A stretch of DNA of 64,000 nucleotides from an uncultured delta proteobacterium (GTDB taxonomy: Bacteria > Myxococcota_A > Polyangia > Polyangiales > Polyangiaceae), in contig CAWJCS010000006.1 of the NCBI GenBank assembly GCA_963841435.1, positions 1,793,775-1,857,774 on the forward strand, read 5' to 3'. Under the pieces are notes generated by a model, which worked only from the letters and a program-made list of their open reading frames with translations, did not search any database and had not been told where the DNA came from. The position numbers and the translations under genes are program-made. Position 1 is the first letter of the stretch. Each line of letters begins with the position of its first letter. This document shows, in pieces, positions 57,693-64,000 of this stretch.

Positions 57693-60227
57693 CTACGGCG
57701 CTTCGGCACCAATCGACGCGGCGCGCCTTGCCTGGGCGGCGTCGAGCGCGCCTGCCGATTTCGCATGGTCGAGGGCGTCGGCGGCCGTCCGCTGTGCCCC
57801 CGCTCGCGCCGCCGCCTCGGCCACGTGGAGCCAGCGTTCCGTCGTCGGCTCTTCCTGGGCGGCGCGCGCGTAGTGCTCGAGGGCACCGGCAAGGTCACCG
57901 CTCTCTTCGAGCTGCCCGGCGACCCGAGCTTGCGCGCGTGAGCAGTGGGCGGTGGTGTCGCACGCGAGCGCCAGGAAGCGTTGCATGGCCGCCTTGGCGA
58001 CCGACGCATCGCTGCCTCCGGCTGCAAGCTCCGAGGCCAACTCGAGGCACGAGCGCGCGGCAGGCGTCGCGGGGCAGCCGGCGAGCAGGCGGCGCACGGC
58101 CTCGTCGACCCGCCCCTGACGGGCCAAGAGCCGCGCCGCAACCATGAGTCCTTCGCGACCGCCGCGGTCGCCGAGCGCCGAGCTTGCCCGAGTGGCCTCC
58201 GCCACGCACTCCGCGGCTGCCGGGCCAGCGCAGGGCGCGCGCTCCGCTTCAACGTCCTCGAGCAGCTCGACAGCAAGGCCGGCGAGCGCCGTTGCGTCCC
58301 GTGGGTCACGGTTGAGCGCCTCGCGGAAGCAGGAAAGGCGTGGGACGGGCGGCAGCTTGGGGCAGAGGTCGATGAACGCGGGAGCCCCCTGGGTGCCGGG
58401 CGCGAAGGCGGCCGCCAGTCGCTTCACGTCGGACTCCACAGTGACAGCGCGACCGAGGGCCCGGTCCGCGATGCCGTAGTCGTAGGCGGCAGCGAGCCGG
58501 TAGTGCATGAGAGCTTGAGCCGCGTGGTGGTGACGCGCGAGCTCGTCTGCCAGCGCGAGGTGAGCCCGCCCGGAGCGTGGATTGCGCTCGAGCGCCCGGC
58601 CGAGAAACGGCATGGCATTCTGATCGCGGCCTCGTTCGGCCAGGTACGCACCGAGTAGGGGCAGGTACGCGTCGCCCGGATGACGCAGCGTGGCCGTGCG
58701 CAAGGACTGCCGAAGCTCGGTGATGCGCGCGCGGGTCATCGGCACGGGCTCGGACACCATGGCCGCGAGCTCTTTGCGTTCCAGCTCGGCCGGCTTGGAA
58801 CCGGTCGTCACGACCGCAAGCCCGGCCAGCACGGTCGCGACGGCATGCACCACCGACACGCGACGAGGCGGCTCCTCCGGCTGAGCACCGCCGCCGTTCG
58901 CCATCGCGAGCACCGCGACGGCCAGCGCTCCCACGGCGAAAATCGCGAGACCGAAATCGACGAAGTTTTGCAGCACGAGCGCGCCAAGGCCGACCGCAAG
59001 CCCCGCCGCAACCCCGTCCGTCCGCGCGCGCCGAAAGAGCCCGCGATACACCCACGCCAGCGCTCCAAGCGCAAGCAGACCCACGGGAAGGCCCCACTCG
59101 CTCACGGCATCGACGAGCAGGTTTTCCGCGTGCACGTAAACGCCGCTCTGGTCGGCCCCGAGATCCCCCCGATACGGTTGGAACGCCGCATCGAAGGCCC
59201 CACGCCCCACCCCGAACCATGGAAAATCGTGCACCAGACCGAGCGACCAGCGCCACGGCGCCACCTTGGGTCCGAGCCCCCCCTCGAACAGGCCGCTGCG
59301 CAGGCGCTCGTCGCCCAGCACGAAGAGCGCGACGACGACCAGCCCGACGATGACTCCGACGCCGGCCAGCAACCCGCGTCGATCAACGTCACGCTTGGCG
59401 GTCGCAAGCCAGACGAAGGCAGCAAGCCCCGCGATCAGCGCGGCGACCCCACCTCGCGACCCGCTGAGCAGCACCCCAACGGCCAGCATGGGCACACCCA
59501 CCATGTCGAGTATCTTCGGGAGAGGGCCGCGCTCGGCAATCCACAGCCCCGCCCCTGCGTAGAGGCCAATCAGCAGATACCCGGAAAGGTTGTTCCCATT
59601 GACGAAGGGCCCCCGCGTCCAACGGGCGTAGTCGTACGGCGCCGGAAAGATGCCGTAAATGCGAGAGGCACCGACGACGCCGTGCGCGAGTGTCACCGCG
59701 CAGACGCACGAGCTCGCAAAAAAGACGATCGTCGCCACCACGGCGGAACCGCGCGCCGCCCGGAGGCCCGAGGCGGCAACCGCGATGCAGGCGTAGGCGG
59801 TGAGCTTGAGTACTTCGACGGTCGTGCCGGCAGGGTCCACCGAAAGCAACGTCCAGGCAGGACCGGCCTCGTGCCAGGGCCGGAGCGCGCCACTCCAAAT
59901 CTCCGCCGCCGCAGGCGAGAGCACCGCGACCCAGCTCGCGGGCATCGGTGCAGCCTGGAAAGCCGTGTACGCCGCGAGCGCGAGCAACACGATGGCCAGC
60001 CGCGGCAAGCGCGACAGATGGCGCCCGAGCACCAACGCAGCAGAGAGAGCGACGCCGGCCGCGACCAGCAACACCGGCACGTGCTGTGCGCCGAACGCCA
60101 GGCCCGATCCCGCGAGCGCCACGGCGAACAGCACCGTGCCGAGCGCGTCCCAGCGGCGCTCGCCTTCACTCCTCCGGCGGCGCGGTCGGCTGTCCCGATC
60201 GCGTCCGTTCTGCGAGCCGACGCGCAT
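57693..60227 (-). CDS. O-antigen ligase/polymerase (Wzy_C) family membrane protein with C-terminal TPR region
   Basis: About 12 TM; GPFVNGN, SGSRGG, FPWFGVGRGAF and HAEN..D...EWG; TPR-like ALERNPRSG.AH and A...Y. Start approximate (60227 or 60269). Confidence 0.88.
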   Translation of the reverse strand: MRVGSQNGRDRDSRPRRRRSEGERRWDALGTVLFAVALAGSGLAFGAQHVPVLLVAAGVALSAALVLGRHLSRLPRLAIVLLALAAYTAFQAAPMPASWVAVLSPAAAEIWSGALRPWHEAGPAWTLLSVDPAGTTVEVLKLTAYACIAVAASGLRAARGSAVVATIVFFASSCVCAVTLAHGVVGASRIYGIFPAPYDYARWTRGPFVNGNNLSGYLLIGLYAGAGLWIAERGPLPKILDMVGVPMLAVGVLLSGSRGGVAALIAGLAAFVWLATAKRDVDRRGLLAGVGVIVGLVVVALFVLGDERLRSGLFEGGLGPKVAPWRWSLGLVHDFPWFGVGRGAFDAAFQPYRGDLGADQSGVYVHAENLLVDAVSEWGLPVGLLALGALAWVYRGLFRRARTDGVAAGLAVGLGALVLQNFVDFGLAIFAVGALAVAVLAMANGGGAQPEEPPRRVSVVHAVATVLAGLAVVTTGSKPAELERKELAAMVSEPVPMTRARITELRQSLRTATLRHPGDAYLPLLGAYLAERGRDQNAMPFLGRALERNPRSGRAHLALADELARHHHAAQALMHYRLAAAYDYGIADRALGRAVTVESDVKRLAAAFAPGTQGAPAFIDLCPKLPPVPRLSCFREALNRDPRDATALAGLAVELLEDVEAERAPCAGPAAAECVAEATRASSALGDRGGREGLMVAARLLARQGRVDEAVRRLLAGCPATPAARSCLELASELAAGGSDASVAKAAMQRFLALACDTTAHCSRAQARVAGQLEESGDLAGALEHYARAAQEEPTTERWLHVAEAAARAGAQRTAADALDHAKSAGALDAAQARRAASIGAEAP

Positions 60228-60348
60228 GAATCGGGCGCCTAACCTATCCGATCCCGGGCGCCAGACCAAGGGGTCTAAAGCGGGTTGGCGGATGTCGCGA
60301 ACACCCTTTCATCGTTCGCCGCACCCTGTGGTAGGAGCAGGCGTTTCG

Positions 60349-61603
60349 ATGCGTATCGCCGCCCACGGGTTGATCACCGACGCAGGAGGCAGCGGCGCCG
60401 GTGCGTTTACACTGCTCCTGTCGACGCTGCTCGAGCACGGCCACGACGTGACGTTCTACGGCGTGCCTCGGTTCACCGAGCCCCGATCGCTCGTTCGCTT
60501 TCCCCGGTATCGATACGTGCCGATGCACGTTGAGGCCATTCAGCCGTTCTGGCGCCTGGCCCTTCCCTTCAAGAGTCGCTATCCGGCGGCGCTGATGGCG
60601 AACGTTGCGCACATCGCCTATCAGAAGAGAGCGATCCGCGAGATCGAGCGGGCGCCCGCCCACGAGCGAGCGGACTTCGTGCCGTGCCTCGACGCGGTGA
60701 ATCTGTGGCGCAGCCGGCTCCCGATCGTGAGCTGGCCGCAATCGCCGCCGCAGACCGAATGGGCCGCGCTCAGGAAACCTCACCTTCGCCACGAGGTGGT
60801 GCGTACCTCCGGAAGGCGGCACCTCCTGGCCGTCGAGAGCTTCTACGCCTACCGCTGGGCGCAGGCACGACTCACGATGGGTTTCAGCGATGCGATGCTC
60901 TGCGCGAGCCGCTGGTCTCTCGAGCAATGGCAGAGCTTCGGTCTGGACCCCGCTCGCGCCCGTGCGCTCGCCTACCCCGTCGACATCGACAGCTTCCGAG
61001 AAGTGCCGCCGCCAGGCTCGTCGCCGGACCGCCGCATCCGATTTTTGTGGCTCGGACGTGCCGTGCCGCGCAAACGGCTCGACCTGTTCCTGGAGTCGGT
61101 CTCGCGCCTGCGCGCGCGCCACGACGACGTGGAAGGGCTGCTCGTCGGCCGCCTCGACGCCGATCCCGCTGCGGCGCCCCTGCTCGCTCGCTACGCCAAC
61201 GCGCCGGGGATCCACGTCGAGCCCAGCGTGCCGCACAGCGCCGTGCCGGCGCTGTTCGCCAGGGCGGACGTGCTCGTCCAACCGAGCGAGAGCGAAAATT
61301 TCGGCTTCAGTGTCGCCGAGGCGCTCGCCGCCGGTCGCCCCGTGGTGGTCGGCCCGACGAACGGCACGCTCGACTACGCGGGGGCGGCGGCCTTCGCTTT
61401 CGACCGCTACGACGCGAGTGCGCTCACCGAAGCGCTCGGGCGCGCCAGGGAGGCGGTGCTCGGCGACGGCGCGCGCGTCGCTCGGCTGGCGCGTGAAGCG
61501 GCCCACCTGCATTTCGATCCCCGGCGAGTGGCCACCGCAGTCTGCGGAAATCGGCGCGCAGGCAGCCGTCCGGAAGGCTCAGCGTACGGAGAGAGGCAGA
61601 TAG
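60349..61603 (+). CDS. GT4-family glycosyltransferase; probable frameshift near 61540
   Basis: PVDID, WLGR..PRKR, ADVLVQPS.SENFG and AEALAAG.PVV. As given, the frame runs on to 62106 through the opposite gene; a +1 correction near GTCTGCG ends it at 61603. Confidence 0.85.
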
Positions 61604-62046
61604 CCGACGAAGCCCTGCACGCGGTACGACTCACCCACGCGTCGCAGCACGAACAACGACTCCCACGCGAACGGCAGCGTGCCGCCGTCCGCGAGCGCGA
61701 GCGCTCCGTCGAAGCGCTTGAGCAACACGCCCGAATCGCCCGTGAGCTCCAGCAGCGGCACGGTCACGAGCGAAAGCAAGCCGCTCACCGCATCCATCGC
61801 CGGCGGTCGCTCGCGAAACAGCCGGCTCTGCGCGAGCCAGCGATCGCGGTAGGCGCCGAGCGTCGGGTACGTCAGTCGCCAGGAGCGCGGATCGGCGGAA
61901 CCCGCGGCATCCAGGCCAAAAAAGCCGGCTTCCACGAAGTCGTGGGCGATGCGCTCCCAGTCGCCGGCGACGAAAGCCTCTATGTCGCGGCTGACGACGC
62001 GCTCCCACACGTCGGCACGGGGATCGTCGCTCGCGAAGGGGTTCAC
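61579..62046 (-). CDS. Hypothetical protein, NTF2/SnoaL-like
   Basis: RDIEAFVAGDW..IA.DF and a beta-rich C-terminus (KRFDG, WESLF, GF.GYLP); directly downstream of neuB. Confidence 0.6.
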   Translation of the reverse strand: MNPFASDDPRADVWERVVSRDIEAFVAGDWERIAHDFVEAGFFGLDAAGSADPRSWRLTYPTLGAYRDRWLAQSRLFRERPPAMDAVSGLLSLVTVPLLELTGDSGVLLKRFDGALALADGGTLPFAWESLFVLRRVGESYRVQGFVGYLPLSVR

Positions 62047-62050
62047 GGTC

Positions 62051-63226
62051 TCACCCCGTCACGTCATCGAGCCGCACCAGGTCTCCCGCGGGAACGTCGC
62101 GAGTGACGCGCTTGCCGATGAGGAGCCCTTCCTCATACGGCGCGAGGCCACCTTTCGGACAGGGCCTCAGCGGCACGAGATCCGCGGCTGCGATCTCGGC
62201 GCCGCTCGGCAGGTCGCGCGCCGCGCGCAGCCCGCGACGCTGCACGACGACCGTGCCGCGCTCGTTGTCCTGCACGCGCTTCTTGCCGTCGCCGAGGCTG
62301 GCATCGAGCATCGCCTTGTCGCCGACCGCCGCCAGCGTCGGGGCGTACCGCTCTTCGAAGATCGTCTTGCCGGCGAGCGCTGCCTTGAGCGCCGCGGTTT
62401 CCGCCACCATGCGGCGCCAGCCAGCGGGCGTCGTGGAAAACGGGTGGTCCTGCCCCTTTTGGTGGTTGTCGAGAGTGAAGTGCTTTTCGACGGCGCAGGC
62501 GTCGAAAAGCCCCACCGCCGCGAGCACACTGAGCGAACCGTGCGTGTGGTCCGAAAGGCCGAGCGGCACGCCGGGCCAGAGCGCCGCATAGCTTTCGAGC
62601 ACGCGCAGATTGAGATTCGCAAGTCGCTCGACCGTGTCGCTTTCGGCCTCGCCCGGCGTCGCCGTGTAGTTCGTGTTGCACTGCATCAGGAGCACCTGAC
62701 GTGTCTCCGAGAGCGCCACGGCCATAGCCGCCTTCACCTCCTCGAGGGTGGAGGCGCCCGTCGCGATGAGCACCGGCTTTTCGTAGCGGCACATCGCGCG
62801 GATCTCGTCGTGCCACGTGATGTCGCCCGAGCCGACCTTGAAAGCGCCGACGTACGGCGCGACCGCGCGCACCAAGTCGAGCGAGTAGGGCGAAGTGAAG
62901 TAGTGCAGCCCGAGCTGGTCGCAGAGCTCCTTCAACGGCTCCGTCCACGCGAACGGGATCGCGCACTCGCGGTAGGAATCGAACACCGACTTGTCCCAGC
63001 CGTCCTGGTGCGTGCGGACGCCCTCGAGGTGGCGGAAGCCGTAGTCGGAAACCAGCCCCTCTGCAGAGTAGTTCTGCATCTTCACCGCGTTGACGCCCGC
63101 GTCCTTGCAGGCGAAGACGAGCTCTTTTGCCTTGCCGAGATCGCCCGCGTGGTTCGAGGCGATGTCGGCGATGAAGTACACCGGATGGCCGCGCCCTACC
63201 GGTGTCCCCTGGACGACGAGATCCAC
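62051..63226 (-). CDS. neuB: N-acetylneuraminate/nonulosonate synthase (NeuB/PseI/LegI/SpsE family) with SAF domain
   Basis: YFIADIASNH.GD, VKMQ, FKVGSGD, LIATGA, QCNTNY, GLSDHT, EKHFT, DH.FS and RRGL.AARDL..G. Confidence 0.93.
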   Translation of the reverse strand: MDLVVQGTPVGRGHPVYFIADIASNHAGDLGKAKELVFACKDAGVNAVKMQNYSAEGLVSDYGFRHLEGVRTHQDGWDKSVFDSYRECAIPFAWTEPLKELCDQLGLHYFTSPYSLDLVRAVAPYVGAFKVGSGDITWHDEIRAMCRYEKPVLIATGASTLEEVKAAMAVALSETRQVLLMQCNTNYTATPGEAESDTVERLANLNLRVLESYAALWPGVPLGLSDHTHGSLSVLAAVGLFDACAVEKHFTLDNHQKGQDHPFSTTPAGWRRMVAETAALKAALAGKTIFEERYAPTLAAVGDKAMLDASLGDGKKRVQDNERGTVVVQRRGLRAARDLPSGAEIAAADLVPLRPCPKGGLAPYEEGLLIGKRVTRDVPAGDLVRLDDVTG

Positions 63227-63235
63227 GAGCCCTCT

Positions 63236-64000
63236 CTAGATCCAATCCGCTGAAAAATCCGGAAGGTCGATGCTGTAGTCGACCCAGTTCCGGTCCGCGA
63301 ACTGCGGGTGTCCACCCCAGCGCTCCACGTTGGCGTTCCCTTCGTACTTCTCGATGCAGAAGGCGCCGGCGATGATCTTGTTCTTGGGAACGATGCAGAA
63401 CCCCGACGTCTTGTTGGGCGCGTAGTACCCGGATATCTCGATACTTTTCGCCCGAAACTGCTCGCGGTTCAGGTAGTTGAAGATCTCGAAGAAGTTGAAA
63501 GGGATGAAGTGATTCCGCTTACCCGAGCCGTGGTAAAATAGATAAGACGTGTCGAGGTCGACGACCGACGGGTAGTCGTACTGAATGCGGATGTCGAAGA
63601 TGACGCGCTTCTTCGCGACGCGGAAGAGGTGGTCGATGAACTCGCGGTAGCGAGGCATGTGGTTCAGCACCGAAAACGCGCACACGGTGTCGAACGACTC
63701 GTCTGCAAAGTCGTTCTCGAGAAAGTCCCCACAGACGAAGGTTGCGTCCGGGTAGGTCTTTTTCGCGTTCTCGATTTCCGCCTGGCCGATGTCCATCCCG
63801 GTGTAGCGAACACCTGGAAAGCGCTGGCGCATGATGTCGGACATGCCCCCGGCCGCGCACGCCACCTCGAGGACTTTCTCGCCCGAAAGGTCCTTCTTCT
63901 CGAGGAAGTGCTGAACCGACTTGAACAGATCACCCCACGCGCGGCGGCCGTGCTCGATGTAAAACGTGGATTTGGTCTTGTCGTTGAAAAGCTCTTTGGG
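63236..64000 (-). CDS. Class I SAM-dependent methyltransferase, 5' end outside the window
   Basis: Frame open to 64000; KVLEVACAAGG, YTGMDI, FVCGDF and SFDTV..FSVLNH. Confidence 0.88.
   Translation of the reverse strand, partial: PKELFNDKTKSTFYIEHGRRAWGDLFKSVQHFLEKKDLSGEKVLEVACAAGGMSDIMRQRFPGVRYTGMDIGQAEIENAKKTYPDATFVCGDFLENDFADESFDTVCAFSVLNHMPRYREFIDHLFRVAKKRVIFDIRIQYDYPSVVDLDTSYLFYHGSGKRNHFIPFNFFEIFNYLNREQFRAKSIEISGYYAPNKTSGFCIVPKNKIIAGAFCIEKYEGNANVERWGGHPQFADRNWVDYSIDLPDFSADWI

Noticed and set aside
1-64000. tRNA, rRNA, IS/transposase, integrase or prophage
   Set aside because: No cloverleaf, rRNA-like stretch, DDE/tyrosine recombinase or phage motifs seen by eye; small RNAs could be missed without a covariance search.

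Overview
High-GC bacterial chromosomal segment, probably from a myxobacterium of the Polyangiales/Sorangium type (inferred from gene content and the many Cys/Gly-rich lipoproteins). About 56 CDSs; I saw no tRNA, rRNA, CRISPR array or transposase. The first ~38 kb mixes housekeeping genes (DnaK-family chaperone, argB, RluA, pyrF, rlmB, cysteine desulfurase, lnt, leuS, coaE, folD, lgt, lspA) with envelope and lipoprotein genes. These include an isolated SctJ/YscJ ring gene behind a pseudokinase-GYF-TM protein, an MCE protein, a DUF4266-DUF3570-TlpA-beta-propeller operon, a glycogen synthase homologue lacking its catalytic motifs, and a separated MrfA/MrfB-like DNA repair pair. The region from 38 to 64 kb is a surface-glycan locus (GT-C, GT2, five GT4, WecA, Wzc, O-antigen ligase/polymerase-TPR, ABC flippase, WbpD-like acetyltransferase, NeuB, methyltransferases) with two large adhesin-like lipoprotein genes inside it. 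Two patterns run across the window. First, five of six apparent frameshifts are the same +1 event, TCGA->TCGAA, on either strand; the simplest reading is a base-calling footprint of a modified TCGA motif. Second, many genes carry a -10-like hexamer 6-8 nt before the start codon with no Shine-Dalgarno, which suggests widespread leaderless transcription. All calls come from reading motifs by eye; no searches were run.
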